DNA of 64,000 nt, from the NCBI GenBank assembly GCA_000004985.1, contig GG738904.1, one strand, 5' to 3'. A model generated the notes under the pieces. It saw only the letters and a list, made by a program, of their open reading frames with translations. It did no database searches and was not told the origin of the DNA. Every line of letters begins with the position of its first letter. Positions within the stretch are counted from its first letter, which is position 1. The stretch comes from Naegleria gruberi (Eukaryota). Position numbers and translations under genes: made by a program. Below, in pieces: positions 10,501 to 22,164 of the stretch.

Positions 10501-13500
10501 NNNNNNNNNNNNNNNNNNNNNNNNNNNNNNNNNNNNNNNNNNNNNNNNNNNNNNNNNNNNNNNNNNNNNNNNNNNNNNNNNNNNNNNNNNNNNNNNNNNN
10601 NNNNNNNNNNNNNNNNNNNNNNNNNNNNNNNNNNNNNNNNNNNNNNNNNNNNNNNNNNNNNNNNNNNNNNNNNNNNNNNNNNNNNNNNNNNNNNNNNNNN
10701 NNNNNNNNNNNNNNNNNNNNNNNNNNNNNNNNNNNNNNNNNNNNNNNNNNNNNNNNNNNNNNNNNNNNNNNNNNNNNNNNNNNNNNNNNNNNNNNNNNNN
10801 NNNNNNNNNNNNNNNNNNNNNNNNNNNNNNNNNNNNNNNNNNNNNNNNNNNNNNNNNNNNNNNNNNNNNNNNNNNNNNNNNNNNNNNNNNNNNNNNNNNN
10901 NNNNNNNNNNNNNNNNNNNNNNNNNNNNNNNNNNNNNNNNNNNNNNNNNNNNNNNNNNNNNNNNNNNNNNNNNNNNNNNNNNNNNNNNNNNNNNNNNNNN
11001 NNNNNNNNNNNNNNNNNNNNNNNNNNNNNNNNNNNNNNNNNNNNNNNNNNNNNNNNNNNNNNNNNNNNNNNNNNNNNNNNNNNNNNNNNNNNNNNNNNNN
11101 NNNNNNNNNNNNNNNNNNNNNNNNNNNNNNNNNNNNNNNNNNNNNNNNNNNNNNNNNNNNNNNNNNNNNNNNNNNNNNNNNNNNNNNNNNNNNNNNNNNN
11201 NNNNNNNNNNNNNNNNNNNNNNNNNNNNNNNNNNNNNNNNNNNNNNNNNNNNNNNNNNNNNNNNNNNNNNNNNNNNNNNNNNNNNNNNNNNNNNNNNNNN
11301 NNNNNNNNNNNNNNNNNNNNNNNNNNNNNNNNNNNNNNNNNNNNNNNNNNNNNNNNNNNNNNNNNNNNNNNNNNNNNNNNNNNNNNNNNNNNNNNNNNNN
11401 NNNNNNNNNNNNNNNNNNNNNNNNNNNNNNNNNNNNNNNNNNNNNNNNNNNNNNNNNNNNNNNNNNNNNNNNNNNNNNNNNNNNNNNNNNNNNNNNNNNN
11501 NNNNNNNNNNNNNNNNNNNNNNNNNNNNNNNNNNNNNNNNNNNNNNNNNNNNNNNNNNNNNNNNNNNNNNNNNNNNNNNNNNNNNNNNNNNNNNNNNNNN
11601 NNNNNNNNNNNNNNNNNNNNNNNNNNNNNNNNNNNNNNNNNNNNNNNNNNNNNNNNNNNNNNNNNNNNNNNNNNNNNNNNNNNNNNNNNNNNNNNNNNNN
11701 NNNNNNNNNNNNNNNNNNNNNNNNNNNNNNNNNNNNNNNNNNNNNNNNNNNNNNNNNNNNNNNNNNNNNNNNNNNNNNNNNNNNNNNNNNNNNNNNNNNN
11801 NNNNNNNNNNNNNNNNNNNNNNNNNNNNNNNNNNNNNNNNNNNNNNNNNNNNNNNNNNNNNNNNNNNNNNNNNNNNNNNNNNNNNNNNNNNNNNNNNNNN
11901 NNNNNNNNNNNNNNNNNNNNNNNNNNNNNNNNNNNNNNNNNNNNNNNNNNNNNNNNNNNNNNNNNNNNNNNNNNNNNNNNNNNNNNNNNNNNNNNNNNNN
12001 NNNNNNNNNNNNNNNNNNNNNNNNNNNNNNNNNNNNNNNNNNNNNNNNNNNNNNNNNNNNNNNNNNNNNNNNNNNNNNNNNNNNNNNNNNNNNNNNNNNN
12101 NNNNNNNNNNNNNNNNNNNNNNNNNNNNNNNNNNNNNNNNNNNNNNNNNNNNNNNNNNNNNNNNNNNNNNNNNNNNNNNNNNNNNNNNNNNNNNNNNNNN
12201 NNNNNNNNNNNNNNNNNNNNNNNNNNNNNNNNNNNNNNNNNNNNNNNNNNNNNNNNNNNNNNNNNNNNNNNNNNNNNNNNNNNNNNNNNNNNNNNNNNNN
12301 NNNNNNNNNNNNNNNNNNNNNNNNNNNNNNNNNNNNNNNNNNNNNNNNNNNNNNNNNNNNNNNNNNNNNNNNNNNNNNNNNNNNNNNNNNNNNNNNNNNN
12401 NNNNNNNNNNNNNNNNNNNNNNNNNNNNNNNNNNNNNNNNNNNNNNNNNNNNNNNNNNNNNNNNNNNNNNNNNNNNNNNNNNNNNNNNNNNNNNNNNNNN
12501 NNNNNNNNNNNNNNNNNNNNNNNNNNNNNNNNNNNNNNNNNNNNNNNNNNNNNNNNNNNNNNNNNNNNNNNNNNNNNNNNNNNNNNNNNNNNNNNNNNNN
12601 NNNNNNNNNNNNNNNNNNNNNNNNNNNNNNNNNNNNNNNNNNNNNNNNNNNNNNNNNNNNNNNNNNNNNNNNNNNNNNNNNNNNNNNNNNNNNNNNNNNN
12701 NNNNNNNNNNNNNNNNNNNNNNNNNNNNNNNNNNNNNNNNNNNNNNNNNNNNNNNNNNNNNNNNNNNNNNNNNNNNNNNNNNNNNNNNNNNNNNNNNNNN
12801 NNNNNNNNNNNNNNNNNNNNNNNNNNNNNNNNNNNNNNNNNNNNNNNNNNNNNNNNNNNNNNNNNNNNNNNNNNNNNNNNNNNNNNNNNNNNNNNNNNNN
12901 NNNNNNNNNNNNNNNNNNNNNNNNNNNNNNNNNNNNNNNNNNNNNNNNNNNNNNNNNNNNNNNNNNNNNNNNNNNNNNNNNNNNNNNNNNNNNNNNNNNN
13001 NNNNNNNNNNNNNNNNNNNNNNNNNNNNNNNNNNNNNNNNNNNNNNNNNNNNNNNNNNNNNNNNNNNNNNNNNNNNNNNNNNNNNNNNNNNNNNNNNNNN
13101 NNNNNNNNNNNNNNNNNNNNNNNNNNNNNNNNNNNNNNNNNNNNNNNNNNNNNNNNNNNNNNNNNNNNNNNNNNNNNNNNNNNNNNNNNNNNNNNNNNNN
13201 NNNNNNNNNNNNNNNNNNNNNNNNNNNNNNNNNNNNNNNNNNNNNNNNNNNNNNNNNNNNNNNNNNNNNNNNNNNNNNNNNNNNNNNNNNNNNNNNNNNN
13301 NNNNNNNNNNNNNNNNNNNNNNNNNNNNNNNNNNNNNNNNNNNNNNNNNNNNNNNNNNNNNNNNNNNNNNNNNNNNNNNNNNNNNNNNNNNNNNNNNNNN
13401 NNNNNNNNNNNNNNNNNNNNNNNNNNNNNNNNNNNNNNNNNNNNNNNNNNNNNNNNNNNNNNNNNNNNNNNNNNNNNNNNNNNNNNNNNNNNNNNNNNNN

Positions 13501-13723
13501 NNNNNNNNNNNNNNNNNNNNNNNNNNNNNNNNNNNNNNNNNNNNNNNNNNNNNNNNNNNNNNNNNNNNNNNNNNNNNNNNNNNNNNNNNNNNNNNNNNNN
13601 NNNNNNNNNNNNNNNNNNNNNNNNNNNNNNNNNNNNNNNNNNNNNNNNNNNNNNNNNNNNNNNNNNNNNNNNNNNNNNNNNNNNNNNNNNNNNNNNNNNN
13701 NNNNNNNNNNNNNNNNNNNNNNN
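7514..13723. other. Assembly gap (6210 N)
   Basis: Run of n characters. Confidence 1.
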
Positions 13724-14154
13724 CCCTAACCCAAACCCAAACCCAAAGCCAAACCCAAACCCAAACCCAAACCCAAACCCAAGCCCAAACCCAAACCCAA
13801 ACCCAAACCCAAACCCAAACCCAAACCCAAACCCAAACCCAAACCCAAACCCAAACCCAAACCCAAACCCAAACCCAAACCCAAACCCAAACCCAAACCC
13901 AAACCCAAACCCAACCCAAACCCAAACCCAAACCCAAACCCAAACCCAAACCCAAACCCAAACCCAAACCCAAACCCAAACCCAAACCCAAACCCAAACC
14001 CAAACCCAAACCCAAACCCAAACCCAAACCCAAACCCAAACCCAAACCCAAACCCAAACCCAAACCCAAACCCAAACCCAAACCCAAACCCAAACCCAAA
14101 CCCAAACCCAAACCCAAACCCAAACCCAAACCCAAACCCAAACCCAAACCCAAA
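13724..14154 (-). repeat. Second, internal telomere-type array, (CCCAAA)n of about 72 units, in the same orientation as the terminal array
   Basis: It starts immediately after the gap. Variant units (ccctaa, caaagc, caagcc, one cccaa) sit in the left part. It is perfect up to the junction ...cccaaac|taaaaatag. Degenerate telomere-like remnants (aaacccaacgttcaaaccctagccc) follow to about 14200. Confidence 0.9.
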
Positions 14155-15022
14155 CTAAAAATAGAATTCTTCTAAACCCAACGTTCAAACCCTAGCCCAA
14201 AATTATAAACTTATTCAAATATCATTAAATTTTATATCATTCGATTGGAAATTATGAGTAGAACAACGTGGTATATTTAGTTTTTCAATTTATAAAATAT
14301 TAAATTTGTTAATAATGTCAGATTAAAATTTCATAAATGAAACTATAGGAAGAATGATAATTTCAAAATCGTTTAATGAGATTATATAGTCAATATCATC
14401 ATTAACAACATTCATAATCACTTTCATATGAAATTTCAAAGGTTCATGTCTGTAGATATAAAAGTATCAAGTGAAAAGGGAAGATGTGAGGTAAAAGAGG
14501 TCAACAATAACTTTTGAGTTTCTCATCAAAACATATTGAATCCTAATATGAAAATGTTCCATTTGATGATTAAACATCGAATATCAAATTTATTTTGACT
14601 TTCATATTTACAGATTTCTTCCCTCAATCACACATGGTCAACTTGTATGAAAAGGAGGAAATCTTGAAAAAGGACCACCTATTGAAACTTTACCATCATG
14701 ATGTAGATGATATATAATGATGTAGAATTCAATTTCATATCATAAGAATTAGAAATGGTACCATGGGAATGTAAATGTTGATTTTCCAAAGTTGACTGAN
14801 AGGAAAGACAAGTCAGACCAAGTCTATCAAATATATCACTTCAATCAACAAATTATACATGAAAATGCTCCATTCGATGNNNNNNNNNNNNNNNNNNNNN
14901 NNNNNNNNNNNNNNNNNNNNNNNNNNNNNCATGAGTGCAGAACTGAGTTATTCAAAATTTGTGAATGTTCGGTCCAGTCAAATCAAAGATGGGTTCTTAA
15001 CTACCCATAGGTTTGCATTCTT

Positions 15023-16101
15023 CTAGATATTATTGAGCACATTCTCCATCTCTATTCTTTCAATTTCCTCCGTTGTAAAGTTTCCTTTCATTGGAATAAA
15101 CACATGATCGTAAAAGGCCTTGAACCAATAACTCACTGGACAACATCTATTAAAATTCTCTTCAGAGCCTGTATGTACTCCTATTACTGATCGATCAAGA
15201 ATTACATTCTCCTTAAAGTCTCTCCAATTGCTATAATTTTCACAACAAGGAAGAACAGCACCGCCTGAAGAGCCTGGAAATGAGCTGGCGTTATAGTGTT
15301 TACAACATGTTTTTTCGTTAGTATCAACAAATTTTCCAAAGCTAATATTTTTACACTCCAACTCAAACATACTCTTTAAGGCAATAAGATTTGTGTGATA
15401 ATCTAAATGTTGTTCTAAAGTTGTTACATCTTTCTCAGTTGGCATGCCTTGAAAGGAAAGAATAGACATGTTATAATCATGTTCTGATTGAGGGTTGAGC
15501 TTTGAAGGACTTGGAATAAGGTATGATTCTGGAAAATGTTGTTCATCTAATACTATATCGATTGGTACTTCCATTTTCATCAAAACCCAATCTTTGTTTG
15601 GATGTTCCTTTACATTTTCATCCTCTTTCAGATCTGATTTTGCAAGAATGGTGCAATTCATGGATCTGGCACTTAACGGCTCAAACCTATGATTCTTCCC
15701 TAAAATTCCTTTAATCATTCTTAAAGAAAGTTGCACTACTTCATTATTGTATTCATATTCAAAAGGAAGAGTGTTATGCAAGCATGTCACAAAGTAATAT
15801 TCCCAAATAGTGTCGAGTTTGTTTGGAGGAGCAACAAGGAAGCCAGAACCCCGAATTGGAACTCTAACATCAATTTGTTTAGAATTAACACCTTGATAAA
15901 AACAAACTACATCAACAACAGCATTAAAAACATCCAGATTATCCTTTGCAGATTTTAAATCATAACAACTACAAATTCTGGGATAGGTTGTTAATCGGAA
16001 GGGATTGAGGCAACCTGTTAAATCCTCAAAACAATTCCTTGATTTTTCATCAACAATTAACATCTCCTCCGACACAGTGGTAGAGTACTTATTCATCGAT
16101 G
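15023..16101 (-). CDS. Trypsin-fold (S1/PA clan) serine peptidase-like protein, paralog A; its 5' end abuts a 50-N gap
   Basis: Candidate catalytic triad: YYFVTCLHN (His), KDWVLMKM (Asp, compare DIALLKL) and FPGSSGGAV (GxSGG Ser). It is about 95% identical to paralog B. No signal peptide is evident. Confidence 0.65.
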
Positions 16102-16810
16102 NNNNNNNNNNNNNNNNNNNNNNNNNNNNNNNNNNNNNNNNNNNNNNNNNNTTCTGTATACATTATTATAATCGTAATACCTTGCAATACCAATAAAACT
16201 CAATAGAAGAATTAATTCTTCTCATTTTCAAATAGATTATTCAATATAGAACAGATCTAGATAGTTTCCAGATCATAAAAGTCAAGCTACTATATATGGT
16301 CTTTGATTAAATTTAAAAATAGACTGCCGTTGATTACTGGAATCTTGATTCAAAGCTTGTTGATCAACCTATTGATTGAAATCAAACCGATTATTGAATA
16401 TTGAATTGGTGAATAATCACTCTTGATACTGCTACATATTTCAGATTGCATGCAAATCAACCTGATTCAATCTTCAAAGGTTGGTAGTTGCACCACTACG
16501 TGGCGAAACTACCCATCCACGATCAATCAACATTAGATTCACTTCCATTCAACTCAATTTGACCGTTATAATCAATAAATCAATGAAATGTTCCTTTATT
16601 AGCAATACATATTCAATCTAACGAGTAGATTCACGTCCCAAACATTTGACTTCTCAAAGTCCATAATTCAAAAGTTAGTTCTGACCTGACCTTTAAATAT
16701 CTATCAATACAAGAAATGAAACCATCAAATTTACATCATTAATAGATGATAAGAAATATAATCAATGATATGAATCTTCACTAAGTAATCTCTTAAATAA
16801 CCCAAATAAA

Positions 16811-17851
16811 TCAACTCTGAATCCTAACCAAACCCTCTATTCTTTCAATTTCCTCCGTTGTAAAGTTTCCTTTCATTGAAACAAACACATGATCGTAAAA
16901 GGCCTTGAACCAATAACTCACTGGACAACATCTATTAAAATTCTCTTCAGAGCCTATATGTATTCCTATTACTGATCTATCAAGAATAACATTCTCCTTA
17001 AAGTCTCTCCAATTGCTATAATTTTCACAACAAGGCACCACAGCACCGCCTGAAGAGCCTGGAAATGAGCTGGCGTTATAGTTACATGTTTTTTCGTTAG
17101 TATCAACAAATTTTCCAAAGCTAATATTTTTACACTCCAACTCAAACATACTCTTTAAGGCAATAAGATTTGTGTGATGTTCTGATTGAGGGTTGAGCTT
17201 TGAAGGACTTGGAATAAGGTATGATTCTGGAAAATATTGTTCATCCAATACTACATCAATTGGCACTTCCATTTTCATCAAAACCCAATCATTGTTTGGA
17301 TGTTTCTTTACATTTTCATCTTCTTTCAGACCTGATTTTGCAAGAATGGTGCAATTCATAGATCTGGTACTTAATGGCTCAAACCTATGATTCTTCCCTA
17401 AAATTCCTTTCATCATTCTTAAAGAAAGTTGCACTACTTCATTATTGTATTCATATTCAAAAGGAAGAGTGTTATGCAAGCATGTCACAAAGTAATATTC
17501 CCAAATAGTGTCGAGTTTGTTTGGAGGAGCAACAAGGAAGCCAGAACCACGAATTGGAACTCTAACATCAATTTGTTTAGAATTAATACCTTGATAAAAA
17601 CAAACTACATCAACAACAGCATTAAAAACATCCAGATTATCCTTTGCAGATTTTAAATCATAATAACTACAAATTCTGGGATAGGTTGTTAATCGGAAGG
17701 GATTGAGGCAACCTGTTAAATCCTCAAAACAATTCCTTGATTTTTCATCAACAATTAACATCTCCTCCGACACAGTGGTAGAGTACTTATTCATCGATGG
17801 TTTCATAATTTCAATGTCATTGATTGGAATAGATTCTGCTGGTGAGAACAT
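16811..17851 (-). CDS. Trypsin-fold serine peptidase-like protein, paralog B (tandem duplicate of A)
   Basis: ATG at 17851, 346 aa, with the same H/D/S motifs as A. Relative to A it has an in-frame 81-nt deletion (27 aa, DYNMSILSFQGMPTEKDVTTLEQHLDY), a 6-nt indel, and a different last 7-8 codons. Confidence 0.7.
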   Translation of the reverse strand: MFSPAESIPINDIEIMKPSMNKYSTTVSEEMLIVDEKSRNCFEDLTGCLNPFRLTTYPRICSYYDLKSAKDNLDVFNAVVDVVCFYQGINSKQIDVRVPIRGSGFLVAPPNKLDTIWEYYFVTCLHNTLPFEYEYNNEVVQLSLRMMKGILGKNHRFEPLSTRSMNCTILAKSGLKEDENVKKHPNNDWVLMKMEVPIDVVLDEQYFPESYLIPSPSKLNPQSEHHTNLIALKSMFELECKNISFGKFVDTNEKTCNYNASSFPGSSGGAVVPCCENYSNWRDFKENVILDRSVIGIHIGSEENFNRCCPVSYWFKAFYDHVFVSMKGNFTTEEIERIEGLVRIQS

Positions 17852-17998
17852 TCTGCTAATTTTTTTTAAGCTCTCTTGTTGGTATTAAGGTATTAAGAAT
17901 AAGCACTTCTGCATCAACGTTCATCACAACAGCCATTAAATCACAATATTTATCACTGCAATATTTCAGGTGGAACAAAAAAATACCGTTGCGCAGTC

Positions 17999-19303
17999 AT
18001 GAGATTTGTTCGACAAATGTTAGAGGTTATAGTGCCTCAATCCGAAACTGATGATTCGGTCGATGTGTATTCAAAGGATAACTTTAGTGAAGTTTGTTTT
18101 AATGTGTTTAGAGTAGCTGATAATGGTGATTTAATTCCTCCATCCACCAAATTTTCTCTTAGAAAATTATATTTGCTATCAACCATTAAGGATTATTTGA
18201 TGAAGGCTAAATGTGGGATGGCTCGAATAGGTCAGCCAAGTTCAACAGGTTTAGGTGGAAACGGTACTTGCTTTTATTTGCTTCCCAATGTTGTTATCAC
18301 AAACTCTCACGTGGCAAATACAGATGAAATCCCATTGATCTACACAGGCACATATTCCGAAGCAGTTGAAGGCTATTTTCAAAAACTCAATCCTGTTGAA
18401 AGCAAGTTGCTTTTCTCTGGATCATCTATGCAGCATCAAATGCGGAAATATAATCATTCCTTAACAAGAACACATTTCCCTCAAGTTGACGAAACATATT
18501 TAGATCCTATTATTTCTTTACGTGGTGATTTTGGTTATATGGATATTTCCTTGCACAAAATTGCATTTCCAAATAATATGCAAAGTTCTAAAGTATTAAT
18601 GATCCCCTGTCCAGAAATCTTACAAGTTTCAGATCCCATATTTACAATGCATTATCCTGGAGTTGAAGGAACACAATTTTCAAGTCTCCACAGCAACCAA
18701 TTTTCAAATTATTTACATTGGGCACCAAATGACAATGTTGTTTCCGATTTATTTCATGGTTATGGAAAACTATGCATCAGTACTGGTAAAGTTCTGGCTC
18801 CATATGTTGAAGAGAAGCAAGAAAATGGGAACATTGATTGGGTTCCAAATACTTCACATCAATATAACTCTCAAAACTCTAATTTTCTTATAACTAATGA
18901 GAGCGTAACGATAGGTTCATCTGGAGGATGTGTTCAATCTCCAACATGTAGGGTTATTGAAATTAATGGAATTACCTTAGTAGAGTTTCATGCCATCCAT
19001 TTTGGAGGACAATTTGTCAAGTGTAAGAATTGCTTAAAGCACATCAAACAACAAATGAATGAAAATGATGAAGATGAATATCCATCCTTATTCCAAGGTT
19101 TACCTCAAGAATGGAACTTTTGCGAAGCATGTCAAAATGGAAAAGAATCCTCCAAAATGGTGTACAATTACTCTGTTTCAGTTCATCATCCATTGTTGAA
19201 ACAAGTTTACAAGAAATTAATTGCACCAGATTTGTTAACAGTATTGAATGTGAATTTGTCTGATGAGAGATTAGAAAGGCTGAAACAATATTTAGACATG
19301 TAA
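17999..19303 (+). CDS. Trypsin-fold serine peptidase-like protein, divergent paralog C, with a C-terminal CxxC...CxxC zinc-ribbon-like tail
   Basis: Motifs: GNGTCFYLLPNVVITNSHVANTD (His), GDFGYMDISLHKI (Asp) and TIGSSGGCV (Ser). The C-terminus reads KCKNCLKH...NFCEACQNG. It is transcribed divergently from paralog B across a 147-bp spacer. Confidence 0.65.
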   Translation: MRFVRQMLEVIVPQSETDDSVDVYSKDNFSEVCFNVFRVADNGDLIPPSTKFSLRKLYLLSTIKDYLMKAKCGMARIGQPSSTGLGGNGTCFYLLPNVVITNSHVANTDEIPLIYTGTYSEAVEGYFQKLNPVESKLLFSGSSMQHQMRKYNHSLTRTHFPQVDETYLDPIISLRGDFGYMDISLHKIAFPNNMQSSKVLMIPCPEILQVSDPIFTMHYPGVEGTQFSSLHSNQFSNYLHWAPNDNVVSDLFHGYGKLCISTGKVLAPYVEEKQENGNIDWVPNTSHQYNSQNSNFLITNESVTIGSSGGCVQSPTCRVIEINGITLVEFHAIHFGGQFVKCKNCLKHIKQQMNENDEDEYPSLFQGLPQEWNFCEACQNGKESSKMVYNYSVSVHHPLLKQVYKKLIAPDLLTVLNVNLSDERLERLKQYLDM

Positions 19304-19365
19304 CGGAGACCTTTTAATTAAGACGAGGTCTACAACCATTAGGTTTTCGTTTAAGCGTTCTTCAA
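19304..19365 (-). mobile_element. 5'-truncated copy of the retroelement 3' UTR, inverted relative to 6540-6610
   Basis: The reverse complement reads acgcttaaacgaaaacctaatggttgtagacctcgtcttaattaaaaggtctccgtta. It shares the 17-mer ggttgtagacctcgtct and the agacc/ggtct hairpin with 6543-6600. It starts directly after the stop codon of protease C. Confidence 0.55.
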
Positions 19366-19443
19366 TACAACAACACATGAACAGCATAACTACATCCATT
19401 ATTACTCACTAAAAATATTGTTTACTATTAACAATTCATTAAC

Positions 19444-19990
19444 TAATTACAAATATCTATGAAAATGAACACAAGAAGTTTGCTGTGGTGTTGAATATCC
19501 AAGAAATGGTCTTACTGGTGCTCGACAACATCCACAACATTGAGGTACAACTGGAACAGCCAAAGGATAACTGGTTTGGTGATATGGAACAGCCAACAGA
19601 CTTGTTTGGTGATAACAAAGTTGACGATAAGGAAAACAAGTTTGGGGATAACCAAAATTTTCAGAGAACAATTGCAAAGTAACACTTCCATAGTTGGAAC
19701 AAAGAACAATACTTCCGTATGGTTAAACAATAAACTTCTTAAACAAATTGTTTCTGTGGCAAGCATTTGGGTTTCGAGATAATCTTTGAATATTTTAATT
19801 TCAACCATTTCATTTAAACATGGGTTGAAATCCAAAGCGGTGCTGTATGGTGGGAAGAATTGTGCAGAAAAAGTTCCAATATTAACTTTAATATATGGAG
19901 ATACTTGAAAACGTAGAATGAATACTTAAATTTTGACTACCTACCTTTAACCGAACTATTGCACGACACGTTAAGATAGAGTTTTGCCAT
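19444..19990 (-). CDS. Hypothetical small spliced gene; the 3' structure is unresolved
   Basis: ATG at 19990, a 46-nt exon, then a 41-nt GT..AG intron that joins in frame to ...VSPYIKVNIGTFSAQFFPPYSTALDFNPCLNEMVEIKIFKDYLETQ... The downstream frame changes and I recognised no family. Confidence 0.25.
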
Positions 19991-20197
19991 TTGTTGTTTA
20001 TTTTTTGTTTGAAAGAAATTATCGTTACATATTCTCAGGTTTTATAACTTCTCCAGTGTGTCTATTTTCGAAGTTGTGAATTCTCAACCTTCACAAAAGG
20101 TGAGTTACCAAATTTTACAAAGCACTAATATGAACAGACGTTTGCAATACATCGACTTTGGCAATTCCTTGAGAAAGGTTTTTCGGCGACCATTTAT

Positions 20198-22164
20198 TTA
20201 CATGAAATTTATTTCGTCTGCATCAAAATATAAATTTGAAATAGTTCTTCTTTCTGGACTGGCTGCTCTGCTCATTCTTCTATCGTAGAGCTTGATAGTG
20301 TCTGCAATTCTGTTGGTATTTGTTGGAACCACAAAGCTTTCAGTTGTCATATTGATGAGGTTGACTACCCTCTTCTTGGCAGCTTCTCTTGACATTTCAA
20401 TTGCTTTTTTCAATCCCAAAAAGCTTTGATTTCCTCTCATGGATGTGAGCTTGTTCCACAATGAGAGAGGAACAATTCCTCCCAAATCAATAAATGCCAT
20501 TGCTGTATATCTTGTGTGAATATCACTCAATTTCTCAATTAAAATACCTCCAATATATCTTCCTCGAACACAACCTTTAGTGATTGGCACTTTGCTGTTT
20601 TCAATACCTCTCCTCAATATCAAAAAATCACTCTCCGTTGAGTCAATGCCAATTTCTCTCCTGACAGAGGAGCCGAGAATGAATTCTCTGTTACTCAATG
20701 GCCAAGGCATTTTCACAACACTTCTCGAATAGGATACTCCCAATCCATCCTCTTCCTCGTCATCTTCAATAAATTCCAAAAAATCAGTGGAAATTATTTG
20801 ATTCTCCACCATTGAATAATATCGTGAATCGATGAGAGCTGTCAATACCTCTTCAGGTGTTGCATTCAAAATACCAGTTTCCTTAAATAATTGAATTGTT
20901 CTTTTCTTTTTGTCAAGTTTCAGCTTTCCCAAATCTGACTTGTAAGAAGCAAAACAAGTAGAGTCCTTATCCTTTGAAGAGGTGATGCATTTCCACAAAT
21001 TTTCATCATTAGATTGAATGATTACTTTCAACATTTCAAAATCTTCCTCCTTTACAATCTTTCGTGTTGTATCTGCAAACAGCAGTGCACGAGCAAATCT
21101 CTCGACAATAGCTGAGCCTGATGAAGAACTCTTCACATCACTAGATGTTGCTGAGGCAGAATCTGAATTCTGACTTGATGTATCACTTGTGGTGGCAAGT
21201 GGAGGTGAACTTGGTTGATTTTCCTCATCAACAATGAAATTCCTAGCTGACGAATCTTGCATTCTTGCATTCTTCTTTTCTCCAATCATTGACAAGTAAA
21301 TATCCAAATAATGATAAAAACCTTCCAAATCCTTAGCTGATTCCAAACATTCAGTAACTACACTAATAATATGATCTGTAAACTGTTTACTCTGTGTAAA
21401 TCTCAAAAAGTTGTCAGATTTCAATTGAATTGAAACATCTACTTTAGCATTATCGAATAGATTTGGATCTACAAATTCCTCCGATGCATAATTGTAAAAC
21501 TTGGCAATGACAATCTCTCTAATATTATTATTCAAATTAATCTGTGAGTCACTTTCTTCTCTAAAGAAGGCATCAATAATCATTTGTGATTGTTGAAACC
21601 TTGTCAGTGGATCTTTCATCTTGTTAAATTCGGCAATTCTTATTAGAAACTCCAAAGATGACAAATTCAATTCTCTCTTTAAAAACTCTTTGAACAAATC
21701 CAACAGAATAAATTCACCATTTCTATATATTAATTCTTCTCTCAATTTGGAATCTTTTACCAGTTGACCAGAGCACTATTTCCGTTGGCCATCATTAAAT
21801 TACTTGTACTACTACCATTAGATGTTGTTGTTGTATTGTTGGTACTACAACTCTTCAAATCATATCCTCCCAATAACATTATCTTCTCCAAGTCAATTGA
21901 AAATGTTTTCAATCTATCCAGTACGATATTGACCAACATTTCATATGGTCCTCCACACATAACTGGTTTATAAGTAACAACAATTGAATTGATGGAATTA
22001 TTGGGTGAAGATGACATTAAAGGTGCGGAAGAGGAAACTGATTTGTTCTCTTGATGATCTTCATGTGATGATGATGATGATGATGATGGTTGAATAATTC
22101 GCATGGATGATGATTGTGTTGTTTTCAAACTCGTTTTCGAGTGGTTGGATGACGAGGCCGACAT
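20198..22164 (-). CDS. RGS domain + START (lipid-binding) domain protein
   Basis: Two exons, 22164..21804 and 21738..20198, joined by a 65-nt GTAATT..AG intron that is in frame. RGS signature: LFKEFLKRELNLSSLEFLIRIAEFNK...INLNNNIREIV...LFDNAKVDV...FLRFTQS. START signature: VVKMPWPLSNREFILGSSVRRE...VRGRYIGGILIEKL...FIDLGGIVPLSLWN. The N-terminus is Ser-rich. Confidence 0.7.

Noticed and set aside
7297-14188. ORFs of 2200-2300 aa on both strands, and the 62-aa GLGL ORF at 13726-13914
   Set aside because: They are gap N plus in-frame reading of the telomere hexamer ([20 protein letters not shown]). Only the first about 70 codons (F-box-like fragment, 7306-7513) are real sequence.
15495-17888. 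Plus-strand ORFs of 61-75 aa mirrored in both protease paralogs (e.g. 15495-15692 and 17193-17390; 15731-15958 and 17429-17656)
   Set aside because: They are antisense to well-supported protease CDSs. They are duplicated only because the locus is duplicated, and they show no independent coding signal.
21739-21758. A 20-nt intron (gtaaaag...attgag), or two separate genes at the 21746-21757 junction of the RGS-START locus
   Set aside because: 20 nt is far below every other intron in the window (38 nt or more). The 65-nt GTAATT...AG intron (21739-21803) keeps frame and is preferred, but it remains unverified without cDNA.
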